DNA of 32,000 nt from Nitrosococcus oceani ATCC 19707 (lineage in GTDB: Bacteria; Pseudomonadota; Gammaproteobacteria; Nitrosococcales; Nitrosococcaceae): positions 2,880,001 through 2,912,000 of the forward strand of contig NC_007484.1 in the NCBI RefSeq assembly GCF_000012805.1, given 5' to 3'. Each line of letters begins with the position of its first letter. The first letter of the stretch is position 1. The notes beneath the pieces were generated by a model. It did no database searches. It had not been told where the DNA came from and saw only the letters and a list, made by a program, of their open reading frames with translations. Positions 14,664 through 25,280 of the stretch are shown here, piece by piece. A program made the translations under genes and the position numbers.

Positions 14664-15230
14664 CTAAAAAACCTCTGTAAGCGCAAGGCGCAATCCCGGC
14701 AACAAGGGCGATCGCAAAACCTCCCTCTCGCCATAGCACGCCACCCTTTCAAATCCCCGCGGCCCTAGAGTAAGCAGTTCAATAACGCGAGACTCAGGGT
14801 CCACTAGCCAATATTCCTTAACCCCATAGCGGGCATAGAGGGTGCTTTTGTAAGTCCGGTCACGGCGAGCGGTTGCTGGGGAAAGAATTTCGACAATCAA
14901 ATCAGGCGCTCCTCGGATTTCGGTTTCCGCAATCATCGAAGCGCGCGCCTTGGCAATAAAAAAGATATCGGGCTGAACGATTTCCCTGCCACTGCCCTGG
15001 CCCAACACCACATCCAGGGGAGCACTATAAATCTGGCCTAGATCGCGCTCTTGTACATATTCCCACAGCAGAAACCCCAGATTGCGGGAGAGGCGCTGAT
15101 GATACTCGCTGGGTGAGGGCACCATCACCAGTTCCCCGTCCAGAAGTTCGTAGCGCCGTATTTCCGACTCGGGTAGACTTTTGTAATCTTCATAACGGAA
15201 CTTGATCCGGGAATCGGCTCCCAGGCCCAT
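14664..15230 (-). CDS. Uma2-family (DUF820) restriction-endonuclease-fold protein
   Basis: YELLDGELVMVPSPSEYHQ, QPDIFFI, PDLIVEILSP and EYWLVDP are typical Uma2 motifs. The start is placed at Met 15230 (MGLGADSRIKF...). Confidence 0.85.
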   Translation of the reverse strand: MGLGADSRIKFRYEDYKSLPESEIRRYELLDGELVMVPSPSEYHQRLSRNLGFLLWEYVQERDLGQIYSAPLDVVLGQGSGREIVQPDIFFIAKARASMIAETEIRGAPDLIVEILSPATARRDRTYKSTLYARYGVKEYWLVDPESRVIELLTLGPRGFERVACYGEREVLRSPLLPGLRLALTEVF

Positions 15231-15432
15231 GGCGTTTATCCTCCCTGGCGCTCGTTTGGCAGTACGTGTTTGAATTATAGCAGCGGGCAATATTTCCCAG
15301 CGAGAAAAGCGCACCGGTAGAGTATCGGCGCCAAGACTGGCATAATTTGTCCTTGTCTTATAATCTTTGCGCAGATAAAAGAATCTTATTTCTCAATTTT
15401 AACCCTTAGATTTTACTGGACTTTAACTGGCT

Positions 15433-16893
15433 ATGCTGATTTTTGAATCCTCACGTCCCGGCCGTCAGGCTCGCGCTCAAGCGCCTAAGCCGACAGCGGC
15501 CACTAACGATTTACCGGAACGATTTCTGCGGCAACAGCCGCCGGCCTTGCCCGAGGTCTCGGAAATGGATGTGGTGCGCCACTACACGGGCCTGTCCCAG
15601 AAAAACTTTTCCATTGACACCCACTTCTATCCCCTTGGCTCCTGCACCATGAAATATAACCCGCGGGCCTGCCACACCCTGGCCAGCTTGCCGGGTTTTC
15701 TGGAGCGCCATCCCGCGACACCAGAAGCCATGAGTCAAGGCTTTCTGGCTTGCCTTTATGAACTGCAAGACATTCTCGCCAAAATGACGGGGATGCAGAC
15801 CATGAGCCTAGCCCCCATGGCAGGCGCCCAAGGAGAGTTTACTGGGGTCGCCATGATCCGCGCTTACCACGAGGCCAGAGGTGATAAAGAGCGGTGCGAG
15901 ATGCTGGTGCCGGATGCGGCCCATGGAACCAATCCCGCCACGGCCACCATGTGCGGTTTCCGAGTCCGGGAAATTCCCACCAACCCGGAAGGGGATGTGG
16001 ATCTAGAAGCACTGCATAAAGCCCTGGGTCCCCAAACGGCAGGCATTATGCTCACCAACCCCTCCACCCTTGGAATATTTGATCGCAACATTCAAGTCAT
16101 TGCCCAAAGCGTCCATAAGGCGGGCGGGTTACTTTATTACGATGGGGCTAATTTAAACGCTATTCTCGGCAAGGTGAAACCTGGCGACATGGGGTTTGAT
16201 GTCATCCATCTCAACCTTCATAAAACCTTTTCCACGCCCCATGGCGGTGGTGGCCCTGGGTCTGGTCCAGTGGGAGTGGGCGAAAAATTGCTGCCCTTCC
16301 TCCCGGTTCCCCGGGTGGCGCGTGCCGAAGGCGGCAGCTACCGTTGGTTGACGGCGGAGGACTGTCCCCAAACCATCGGCCCCCTCTCAGCCTGGATGGG
16401 GAACGCCGGGGTGCTGCTCCGGGCTTATATTTATGTGCGCCTACTCGGTCTTGAAGGTATGAAACGGGTAGCGGACTTCTCCGCCCTTAACGCCAATTAC
16501 TTGGCCCAACGCATGGCCGAAGCCGGTTTTGATTTGGCCTACCCCATGCGCCGCGCTGGCCACGAATTCGTGGTCACCCTGAAACGCCAGGCAAAAGAGC
16601 TGGGAGTCACCGCCACGGATTTCGCTAAACGACTGCTTGACTTGGGCTTTCATGCGCCAACGATTTACTTTCCGCTCCTAGTTCCCGAATGTTTACTCAT
16701 CGAACCGGCGGAAACGGAAAGCAAGCAAACCCTGGATGCTTTTGTGGCCGCGATGGAACAGATCGCCAAAGAAGCCCAGGAAAATCCAGAATTACTCAAA
16801 CAGGCCCCCCATACCCTACCGGCACGCCGCCTGGATGAGGTAAAGGCGGCCAAAGAACTGGATCTAGCCTGGAAACCAACTCCCCATGAGTAG
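15433..16893 (+). CDS. gcvPB: Glycine dehydrogenase (aminomethyl-transferring) subunit 2
   Basis: 486 aa with [13 protein letters not shown] and the PLP-lysine motif [16 protein letters not shown]. Confidence 0.95.
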   Translation: MLIFESSRPGRQARAQAPKPTAATNDLPERFLRQQPPALPEVSEMDVVRHYTGLSQKNFSIDTHFYPLGSCTMKYNPRACHTLASLPGFLERHPATPEAMSQGFLACLYELQDILAKMTGMQTMSLAPMAGAQGEFTGVAMIRAYHEARGDKERCEMLVPDAAHGTNPATATMCGFRVREIPTNPEGDVDLEALHKALGPQTAGIMLTNPSTLGIFDRNIQVIAQSVHKAGGLLYYDGANLNAILGKVKPGDMGFDVIHLNLHKTFSTPHGGGGPGSGPVGVGEKLLPFLPVPRVARAEGGSYRWLTAEDCPQTIGPLSAWMGNAGVLLRAYIYVRLLGLEGMKRVADFSALNANYLAQRMAEAGFDLAYPMRRAGHEFVVTLKRQAKELGVTATDFAKRLLDLGFHAPTIYFPLLVPECLLIEPAETESKQTLDAFVAAMEQIAKEAQENPELLKQAPHTLPARRLDEVKAAKELDLAWKPTPHE

Positions 16894-17016
16894 ACCTATG
16901 CTTCTGAAGCAGAAAACTCTCTGCTGTTTATTGCTGACGGAGAAAAACACCTTCGGATATATTCCCTATTCCATTGGGCCACCCTTTAAAATAAACGAAA
17001 CTCTTAACAAAATAAG

Positions 17017-17949
17017 ATGACAGCCTTAATTTGCGGCTCCTTTGCCTACGATACCATCATGGTGTTCAATGATCGGTTTAAAAACCATATCCTTCCCGAT
17101 AAGGTACATATCCTTAATGTTTCCTTTCTAGTACCCCAGTTACGGCGGGAGTTCGGAGGTTGCGCGGGCAACATCGCCTACAATTTACAACTGCTCAAAG
17201 GCGATCCCCTGCCCATGGGCACGGTTGGCAGCGACTTTGGCCCTTATCAACAATGGCTGGAGCAAACGGGCATCTCCCGCCGCCATATCCGCCTGATCGA
17301 TGATACTTACACGGCCCAGGCGTTTATCACCACGGATATGGATGCCAACCAAATCACCGCCTTTCATCCCGGCGCCATGAATTTTGCCCATGAGAATCAG
17401 GTCGAGGACGCCAAAGGGGTGGAGCGGGGGATCGTCGCCCCCGATGGGCGGGAGGGAATGATTGCCCACGGGCAACAATTCCAGGCGGCTGGAATCCCTT
17501 TTATCTTTGATCCGGGGCAAGGGCTACCCATGTTCACCGGCGAGGAGCTGCTCAAATTTAGCGAGCAAGCCACCTGGATTACCCTTAACGATTACGAAGC
17601 CCAGTTGCTTCAGAAACGGACGGGACTCTCTACCCGACAGCTCGCCGAGCGAGTAGACGCCTTGATCATTACCCGAGGGGCGGAGGGCTCCACCATTTAT
17701 ACTCCTGGCTACCGCTTTGAAATTCCCGCCGCCAAAACTACCGCGCCGACCGATCCCACCGGCTGTGGCGACGCCTACCGGGCAGGCATACTCTACGGCC
17801 TTGCCCACGCTATGGATTGGGAGACCACGGGCCGCATCGCCTCCCTCCTAGGCGCTATTAAAATCGAGTATCACGGCACCCAAAATCATTCTTTTGAGCT
17901 AGCGGAATTTTGGGATCGTTTTAAGGAAAACTTCCACTACCGGCCCTGA
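17017..17949 (+). CDS. PfkB-family carbohydrate/nucleoside kinase (adenosine-kinase-like)
   Basis: [11 protein letters not shown] (PfkB signature 1) and [12 protein letters not shown] (signature 2). Confidence 0.88.
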   Translation: MTALICGSFAYDTIMVFNDRFKNHILPDKVHILNVSFLVPQLRREFGGCAGNIAYNLQLLKGDPLPMGTVGSDFGPYQQWLEQTGISRRHIRLIDDTYTAQAFITTDMDANQITAFHPGAMNFAHENQVEDAKGVERGIVAPDGREGMIAHGQQFQAAGIPFIFDPGQGLPMFTGEELLKFSEQATWITLNDYEAQLLQKRTGLSTRQLAERVDALIITRGAEGSTIYTPGYRFEIPAAKTTAPTDPTGCGDAYRAGILYGLAHAMDWETTGRIASLLGAIKIEYHGTQNHSFELAEFWDRFKENFHYRP

Positions 17950-20021
17950 GTTGCTAAATGTTCCTTCAAAGCCTCTCTCCGGGTGAGGGGGGCTGAGCAA
18001 GTATGGCCACTACAGACATAGGCGGTCACTGCGGTTCCTTGTGGCCGGTATTCCCCTAATATCCCTGGTAAATCCTGGGCCTCAAGGGGAATAGCCAAAG
18101 CGACCCGCCGTGGCGCATACTCCGCTGCAGCCACTGCCCGCCAGGTCTCCAACTCTTCCCCACCCCCCCGCAGAATGACTATTTGCGGAGGAATGAGCCA
18201 TTCTTCTAAGGTTTTGAGTAGGCTACAGTGGGCATGGGGCGTTTGTTGAATGCTCTTCCAGGCTGCCTTGAGCGTGCTTTCCGCAGCCTTCAGATAACGC
18301 ACTTCACCCAAAAGATGTCCCAGCCGGAGCAAACTCCAGGCCAATACCCCGTTTCCCGCGGGGGTAGCATCATCCATGAGGGGCACCGGCCGATGGATAA
18401 GGATTTCATGATCGTCGGCGGTAAAATAAAATCCCCCTTGCGCCTTATCCTCGAAGCGCTCCAGCACAGCTTCGGCCAGATCAACGGCAAAGGACAAATC
18501 CCCATCGCGCCAACGGACTTGAAGCAACTCCAGCAGGGCATCCAGCAGAAAAGCATAATCATCCAGGTAACCCCGGTGCTGTGCCCGCCCATCCTTATAA
18601 CTGACCAGCAAACGGCCCTTTTGCCACAGGTGTGCCCGCACAAAATCCACGGCCCTTTCAGCGGAAGCGATAAAAACAGGCTGCGCCAGCGCCTGTCCGG
18701 CAGCCGCCATCCCTTTGATCATGAGGCCATTCCAGGCAGTAAGAATTTTATCATCCCGCCCCGGGCGGATACGCGCTTCCCGGGCAGCAAACAATTTTTG
18801 CTTGGCGGCGGTCAATTGCTCTTGCAGACCCGGAGCCGGTACCTTCATCTCCTGGGCCAAAGCCTCGGGGACCGTTGCTGCATATAAGTGCCAATAGCCT
18901 TCAAAATTCGCTGGCTGATCAAGGCCAAAGTAGCGTGCCGCTAAAGCGTATTCTTCCTCGCCTAGCAGGGCGCGTACTTGCTCCCGGGTCCAAACGTAAA
19001 ACTTTCCCTCATGACCCTCGGAATCCGCATCCAGGGAAGAATAATATCCCCCTTCGGGGGACTGCATTTCCCGTACCGCCCAGTGTCCGGTCTCCTCCAA
19101 TATTCTCCGGAAAAGCCCGCTGCCCCAGAGACGATAGGCGTCCCTATAGAGCACCAGCAATTGGCCGTTGTCGTACAGCATTTTTTCAAAATGGGGGATT
19201 CTCCACTCTTCATCCACGGAATAACGGCAGAACCCGCCTCCCAACTGATCATAAATTCCCCCCTGGGCCATTTGCTCCAGGGTCAGCCGGGCCATGGTAA
19301 GCGCCTGTTGTTTCTCATCTTCCGTCAAATGCTCCCCTCGGGCATCCCGTAAGCAGCGTTCGATACTGCTTGGATTGGGAAATTTAGGGGCGCCCCTGAA
19401 ACCGCCATGGCGGGAATCAAAAGCCTGGGCCAATTGTCGATGGGCCGCCTGCAAAGGCGCTCTATTCAACCCTTCCACCTCTGCCGCTGGAAGCCGTGCG
19501 TCCAGATCTCCAAAGGCATCAAGCAAACGCTCGTTCTGGGATTGGATAGCCTCCCGGCGAGTATGAAAATACTCTGCCACCCGTTGGAGCAAATCTTTAA
19601 AGCCAGGCAAACCATGGCGCTCCTCGGGAGGAAAATAAGTCCCCCCAAAAAAGGGGGCTTGCTTAATCGGTTCTAGAAACATGGTGAGGGGCCAGCCGCC
19701 GGGGCGTCCCGTCAGCATCTGCTGGGCTAGCTGGTAAATCTGATCCAGATCCGGACGTTCCTCCCGGTCAACCTTGATATTGATGAAATATTGGTTCATC
19801 ACGGCCGCAGTTTCCGAATCCTCAAAAGACTCATGGGCCATCACGTGGCACCAATGGCAAGCGGAATAACCAATAGAAAGCAAAATGGGTTTATCCTCCT
19901 CCTGGGCCCGTGCTAGCGCCTCTTCATCCCAGGGGTACCAATCAACTGGATTATCCACATGTTGCAGCAAATAGGGGCTAGTCTGCCCCTGCAAGTGGTT
20001 TTTTACTGATGGATTTGGCAT
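17937..20021 (-). CDS. Thioredoxin-domain protein of the DUF255/YyaL (SSP411-like) family
   Basis: N-terminal [22 protein letters not shown]...[13 protein letters not shown], followed by a long six-hairpin-glycosidase-like region. 694 aa. Confidence 0.9.
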   Translation of the reverse strand: MPNPSVKNHLQGQTSPYLLQHVDNPVDWYPWDEEALARAQEEDKPILLSIGYSACHWCHVMAHESFEDSETAAVMNQYFINIKVDREERPDLDQIYQLAQQMLTGRPGGWPLTMFLEPIKQAPFFGGTYFPPEERHGLPGFKDLLQRVAEYFHTRREAIQSQNERLLDAFGDLDARLPAAEVEGLNRAPLQAAHRQLAQAFDSRHGGFRGAPKFPNPSSIERCLRDARGEHLTEDEKQQALTMARLTLEQMAQGGIYDQLGGGFCRYSVDEEWRIPHFEKMLYDNGQLLVLYRDAYRLWGSGLFRRILEETGHWAVREMQSPEGGYYSSLDADSEGHEGKFYVWTREQVRALLGEEEYALAARYFGLDQPANFEGYWHLYAATVPEALAQEMKVPAPGLQEQLTAAKQKLFAAREARIRPGRDDKILTAWNGLMIKGMAAAGQALAQPVFIASAERAVDFVRAHLWQKGRLLVSYKDGRAQHRGYLDDYAFLLDALLELLQVRWRDGDLSFAVDLAEAVLERFEDKAQGGFYFTADDHEILIHRPVPLMDDATPAGNGVLAWSLLRLGHLLGEVRYLKAAESTLKAAWKSIQQTPHAHCSLLKTLEEWLIPPQIVILRGGGEELETWRAVAAAEYAPRRVALAIPLEAQDLPGILGEYRPQGTAVTAYVCSGHTCSAPLTRREALKEHLATQGR

Positions 20022-20258
20022 AGAAAATTTCCGAATAAATCCTGAGTCATGTCCTCAACTATAGGCCATTCATAATTTTTTCGCGAGAAGCTCTCATTAT
20101 GCTTACAGAGCGGGTTCAATATCTATGAATAGGGAATAGGAGGGCTTTCCCACCGATTCACTGGAAGCGAATCGGGGCATCCAAAGAATGTCCCCGCCAG
20201 GGAAGAGGCCAAAAATGGTAAAATTTGCGTCCCAGTAAACTCTTTAATAGCGAACCCT

Positions 20259-21218
20259 GTGCGGGAAACCATAGAACTAAGTATCACCCTTCCTTCTGAG
20301 CTGGCGGGAAAACGTTTAGATCAAGCCCTGGCGCAGGTTTTCCCCGCCTATTCCCGTAGCCGCTTGCAGCAATGGATCAAGCATGGGCAGGTCAAAGTAA
20401 ATGATGCCCCTGCCCGCCCCCGGGATACCGTTCAAGGGGGTGAATGGATTGTCGTTATGGCGGAAGCGGAAGCGGAAGTTATCTGGAAATCTCAGCCTCT
20501 CCCCTTGGAGATTAGGTACGAAGATGAAGCGATCATTGTAGTCAACAAACCCGCTGGCCTAGTGGTACATCCGGCCGCAGGTAACCGGGATGGCACCCTG
20601 GTCAATGCACTCTTGCACCATGCGCCGGAGCTGGAGAGAATCCCGCGGGCTGGAATCGTCCATCGCCTTGATAAAGATACCAGTGGCCTGCTGGTGGTAG
20701 CGCGGAATCTTGTCGCCCATCATGGCCTCGTCCGGCAGTTACAGGCACGCCAAATCACCCGGGAGTACCAAGCGATTACCGTTGGTGTCATGACCGGTGG
20801 GGGAAGGATCGAAGCGCCTATCCAGCGCCATCCGGTACATCGTAAGCGAATGGCGGTAATTTCCACGGGAAAGCCTGCTCTCACTCACTATCGGGTATTG
20901 AACCGCTTTCGGGTCCATACCCATGTTTCATGCCGCCTGGAAACAGGCCGGACTCACCAAATTCGAGTCCACTTGGCCCATATTGGCTACTCCCTACTAG
21001 GAGACCCCACTTATGGGAAACGTCTGCATATTCCTAGGGAAAGTAGCGAAAAACTGAGCACTGCCTTGCGCCATTTCAAGCGCCAAGCCTTACATGCCGC
21101 CCGCTTAGGTTTGGTTCATCCGGAAAAGAAGCGGGAAATGCGCTGGGAATCGCCGCTTCCAGAAGATATGGCCACGCTTCTGGTCTTGCTTGAACAGGAT
21201 CGACAACGCCATAGATAA
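20259..21218 (+). CDS. rluD: 23S rRNA pseudouridine synthase, RluA family (RluD-like)
   Basis: GTG start, an N-terminal S4 domain (GKRLDQALAQVFPAYSRSRLQQWIKHGQVKVN), the catalytic HRLDKDTSGLLVVA, and THQIRVHLAHIG. Confidence 0.9.
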   Translation: MRETIELSITLPSELAGKRLDQALAQVFPAYSRSRLQQWIKHGQVKVNDAPARPRDTVQGGEWIVVMAEAEAEVIWKSQPLPLEIRYEDEAIIVVNKPAGLVVHPAAGNRDGTLVNALLHHAPELERIPRAGIVHRLDKDTSGLLVVARNLVAHHGLVRQLQARQITREYQAITVGVMTGGGRIEAPIQRHPVHRKRMAVISTGKPALTHYRVLNRFRVHTHVSCRLETGRTHQIRVHLAHIGYSLLGDPTYGKRLHIPRESSEKLSTALRHFKRQALHAARLGLVHPEKKREMRWESPLPEDMATLLVLLEQDRQRHR

Positions 21219-21255
21219 AGCCCGTCCCTCTAGATAAGACTACCTTCGGGGCAAG

Positions 21256-22254
21256 CTAACCCATCTCAAGGGCTAATTTACCCATCATTCCTCCCCGTTC
21301 CAGCAAACGGTGGGCAGCCGCTGCTTCCGCTAGGGGAAAGGTTTGCTGGAAGTGAAGCCGAAGACGCTCGGAGTCGAATAATTCAGCGCAGCAATGCAGA
21401 ATATCTGCTTGATGTTCTAAGGCAGAGATAAGGCCCCGGTGCATAGGAGTCAGCATCAATTCCAGACTAAAGCGGAGATTACGCGCACGCGCCGTATTCC
21501 AATTTATGTTGGCACTCGGCTGTAAGAGGGTGACTAAATCTCCATACATGGCGACGGCTCCACAGCTCTTTTCAAAAATTTCTCCCCCCACCGTATCAAA
21601 TACCACGTCCACCCCTTTACCGCTGGTCCATTCCATAATGGCTTCAACGAAATCGGTTTGGCGATAGTTGATGATATGGTCTGCTCCCAAGGAGCAGGCA
21701 AGTTCCTCTTTTTCTTCGCAGCTCACGGTGACGCAGACCCGAGCACCGGTCTGTTTGGCTAATTGAATGGCTACATGGCCTACACCGCCTGCGCCGCCAT
21801 GAATCAATACTGTATCCTCTGGCTGGATTCGCGCCCGATCATGCAGTGCTTCCCAAGCGGTTATCAAAACCAGGGGGGCAGCGCTAGCTTCGGCAAAGGA
21901 GAGCGTTCTTGGTTTTTTAGCGATAAAGCGATGGTCTACTACCGCATATTCCCCATAGTTCCCTTCCGGACCTCCAATTCCCCCGAAGCAGAAATAAACC
22001 TCATCTCCCTTCTGGAAATTTTTAACCTCTCTGCCCACAGCATCCACAACGCCCGCCCCATCGCAACCGAGGATTGTCGGGGAGCGGTCTGGGTAGAAAG
22101 TACCTCGAGTTCGCAATTTGGTGTCCACCGGGTTAATTCCAGCCCCTTTGAGCTGAACCAGAACTTCCCCGGGTTGACGGATTGTAGGCTTCGGCAACTC
22201 TTGCAGTTGCAAGACGTCGGGGCCTCCCGTTGCTGTCATGATTATGGCTTTCAT
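21256..22254 (-). CDS. Zinc-type alcohol dehydrogenase / NADPH:quinone oxidoreductase (MDR superfamily)
   Basis: MKAIIMTATGGPDVLQLQELPKP... and the Rossmann motif HGGAGGVGHVAIQLAK. The start is placed at Met 22254 so that it does not overlap nuoN. Confidence 0.87.
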   Translation of the reverse strand: MKAIIMTATGGPDVLQLQELPKPTIRQPGEVLVQLKGAGINPVDTKLRTRGTFYPDRSPTILGCDGAGVVDAVGREVKNFQKGDEVYFCFGGIGGPEGNYGEYAVVDHRFIAKKPRTLSFAEASAAPLVLITAWEALHDRARIQPEDTVLIHGGAGGVGHVAIQLAKQTGARVCVTVSCEEKEELACSLGADHIINYRQTDFVEAIMEWTSGKGVDVVFDTVGGEIFEKSCGAVAMYGDLVTLLQPSANINWNTARARNLRFSLELMLTPMHRGLISALEHQADILHCCAELFDSERLRLHFQQTFPLAEAAAAHRLLERGGMMGKLALEMG

Positions 22255-22268
22255 CGCTAAATTATTTG

Positions 22269-23705
22269 TTAACCTAACACTGCTACGCACAGCCCCATCA
22301 AAGCACCAGGGAAGATACCCAATCCCAACATGGCAAGGCCATTAGCGCTCATGCACCAACGAAAATCAGCACGCTTACTCAGGGAAATCTCTTCTGTGGG
22401 ACTATCAAAATACATAAATTTAATCACCCGTAGGTAATAAAAGGCCCCAATAACGGAAAATAATACTGCAACGACCGCTAGCCAGAGCAATTCCTTATCG
22501 ATAATCGCCATGATCACAGCCCATTTAGCATAAAATCCTACGGTAGGCGGTACCCCTGCTAGAGAGAACATCAAAATAAGCATCATAAAGGCAAACCAAG
22601 GACTACGCTCATTCAGTCCCTTAAAATCTTCCAACCGATCGGCTTCAAAATTGGATCGGGAAAGAAAAATAATCATGCCAAAGCTCCCCAGGCTCATCAA
22701 GGCGTAAACAATGACATAAAACATGGCAGCAGCGTAGCCCACGCCAGTGCCCGTCAGAATTCCCAATAGCAGAAAACCTACATGGGCTATCGTGGAATAG
22801 GCCAGCATTCGCTTAAGATTGGTCTGGGCAATAGCGACAACGTTACCGATAGCCATGGAAAGAACGGAAAGGATGATCAGCATATCCTGCCAGTGAGCCT
22901 GCACATCTCCTAGCGCTTCCACCAACAGACGCATGAGTAAAGCAAATGCCGCGATTTTAGGCGCTGTACCAATATACAGGGTCACCGCCGTAGGCGCGCC
23001 ATGATATACATCAGGCAACCACATGTGGAAAGGCACGGCACCAAACTTAAACGCCAGCCCCACTACGATAAATACCACCCCGAATACCAAAACCTGACTA
23101 CTGCCGCTTCCCCCTATTCCTTCCGCTACCGCGGCAACGTGAAGGTCGCCGGTTGCCCCATAGATCATGGACATGCCGTATAACAACATACCGGAAGCCA
23201 AAGCGCCCAGCACAAAATATTTCATGGCCGCTTCGGAAGCCCAACGATTATTTCGCAGCAAGGCCACCATGGCATACTGACTAAGAGAAAGCAGTTCAAG
23301 CCCTAAATAGAGAGTCAGAAAATGGTGGGCCGAAGCAATCACCATCATACCCAACACTCCAAACAGGCCTAATACATAGAATTCACCTTTATCTAAAGCT
23401 CTCGCTTGCAGGTAGTCACGGGAATAGAGAAACACCGCAAAAACGATTATATAGATAAACAACTTTAAGGTATCGCTCAGCGAATCTTTAATATAGCTAC
23501 CATTAAAAGTGACGCTCTGGGACGAATAGTCCAGAAAATAAAAGGTGAGCAGTGCTGCTATAACTAGCGTTAATTGGGTAATCCAATAAGCAATTTTGCC
23601 GCTTTGTCCGCCGCCGTAAGCAACCGCTAACAAGAGCACACAGCCCATCCCAAGGACGGCTATTTCCGGTAATGCAGGCAAAAATTCAGGTATATCGAAA
23701 TTCAT
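22269..23705 (-). CDS. nuoN: NADH-quinone oxidoreductase subunit N
   Basis: 478-aa antiporter-like membrane subunit, the last gene of the collinear nuoG-N block. Confidence 0.93.
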
Positions 23706-23759
23706 CGTGTCACTTCTTTCAAACCCAAAAGGAGGCGGAATTCACGCCAATAAGACAGC

Positions 23760-25274
23760 CTAGACCAATTTTGATGCTGCCATCTGAGATAGCAGATTCT
23801 CCAGGGAAGTATGCATCACTTCCAGCAGGGGCTGCGGCCACACACCAAGCAGCAGCACCGCCGCCGCCAGGGTTCCCAGTACCAGAAACTCTCGTGAGTT
23901 AAGATCCTCCATGGTGGCGACCTTATCGTTAGCGATATCCCCAAAAACTACCCGCTTGACCATCCAAAGGGTATAAGTAGCCCCCAGAATCAATGTCATC
24001 GAAGCGAAAAAAGCGTACCAAAAATCTGCCTGGAAAGCGCCCAGAATTACTAAAAATTCACCAACAAATCCCGAGGTGCCCGGCAAACCCACATTGGCCA
24101 TAGCAAATAGGACCATAAAAGAGGCGAATATCGGCATCTTGTTCACAACACCGCCATAATCCTTGATGAGCCTCGTATGCAGCCGGTCATATAAAACTCC
24201 GACACATAAAAACATGGCTGCGGAAACCAGACCATGGGAGATCATTTGCACTAACGCCCCTTCCAAACCCAGCAAGGCACCATCACCTTCAACGCCCTGG
24301 GAAAAAATAGCAAAGGCGATAAACAGCCCGAGAGTCACAAAGCCCATATGAGCGATACTGGAATAGGCAATTAGTTTCTTGAGATCTTCCTGCACTATCG
24401 CCACTAAACCGATATACACTACGGCAATGAGCGATAAGGTAATAATAAGCCAATTCAACGCCATACTAGCATCAGGCGTAATGGGCAAACTAAACCGCAT
24501 AAAACCATAAGCGCCTATTTTGAGGGTGATTGCCGCCAAAATTACCGATCCCCCTGTGGGGGCTTCCACATGGGCGTCCGGTAACCAAGTATGAACAGGC
24601 CACATGGGCACTTTCACCGCAAAGGCAAGCAAAAAGGCCAAAAATATTCCTATCTGGGCCTGCATATCCAGGGGTACTTGATGAAATTCCAATATGGAGA
24701 AACCGCCGGTAACACTGCGTAAATAGAGCAGCGCAAGAAGAAAAAAGACAGAACCCAAGAAGGTATAAAGAAAAAATTTAAGCGTGGCGTAGATCCGGTT
24801 TGGACCCCCCCAAATCCCGATTATTAAAAATAAGGGGATTAACATGCCCTCGAAGAAAAAATAGAACAAAACCGCATCTAAGGCCGCAAAAACACCGTTC
24901 ATTAGCCCTTCCATAATCAGGAAGCTGGCCATGTATTGTGCTAATTTGTGTTCGATAACCCGCCAACCTGCAATAACAACCAGCACCGTGGAAAATGTGG
25001 TGAGGATGATGAGTGGCATAGAGATACCATCGATCCCTAAATGATAATAAACGTCGAAGGCTTCAACCCAAGAAAGCTTTTCTTGAAATTGCATGGTGGC
25101 CGTGCTGATATCAAAGCCCGTATACAACGACCAGCTCACCACAAAGGTTAACCCCGAAACTCCCAATGAAAGCCAACGAACACGCTCCACATGATTGCCG
25201 ACGGCCAGTACCAGGAAACCTCCCAGAATAGGCAGCCAAATAACCAAGGAGAGGAGCGGCAATCCAGTTAACAT
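23760..25274 (-). CDS. nuoM: NADH-quinone oxidoreductase subunit M
   Basis: 504-aa antiporter-like subunit (WLPDAHVEAPTGGSVILA), placed between nuoL and nuoN. Confidence 0.94.
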   Translation of the reverse strand: MLTGLPLLSLVIWLPILGGFLVLAVGNHVERVRWLSLGVSGLTFVVSWSLYTGFDISTATMQFQEKLSWVEAFDVYYHLGIDGISMPLIILTTFSTVLVVIAGWRVIEHKLAQYMASFLIMEGLMNGVFAALDAVLFYFFFEGMLIPLFLIIGIWGGPNRIYATLKFFLYTFLGSVFFLLALLYLRSVTGGFSILEFHQVPLDMQAQIGIFLAFLLAFAVKVPMWPVHTWLPDAHVEAPTGGSVILAAITLKIGAYGFMRFSLPITPDASMALNWLIITLSLIAVVYIGLVAIVQEDLKKLIAYSSIAHMGFVTLGLFIAFAIFSQGVEGDGALLGLEGALVQMISHGLVSAAMFLCVGVLYDRLHTRLIKDYGGVVNKMPIFASFMVLFAMANVGLPGTSGFVGEFLVILGAFQADFWYAFFASMTLILGATYTLWMVKRVVFGDIANDKVATMEDLNSREFLVLGTLAAAVLLLGVWPQPLLEVMHTSLENLLSQMAASKLV

Positions 25275-25280
25275 GCCTTT

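Noticed and set aside
7510-15400. Chromosomal integron or CRISPR-type array as the explanation for the cassette-like island
   Set aside because: There is no intI integrase and no regularly spaced direct repeats. Gene orientations are mixed, and the palindromes seen do not show the R''/L''...L'/R' (GTTRRRY) layout of attC sites.
15315-15432. Glycine riboswitch upstream of gcvPB
   Set aside because: The region is AT-rich and lacks the conserved GGAGAG / ACCGAAGGGGCAA-type cores and paired aptamer stems.
18228-19676. Several 60-219-aa ORFs on the + strand
   Set aside because: All lie antisense to or out of frame within the 694-aa DUF255 thioredoxin-domain gene and show no recognisable motifs. 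They are typical shadow ORFs.
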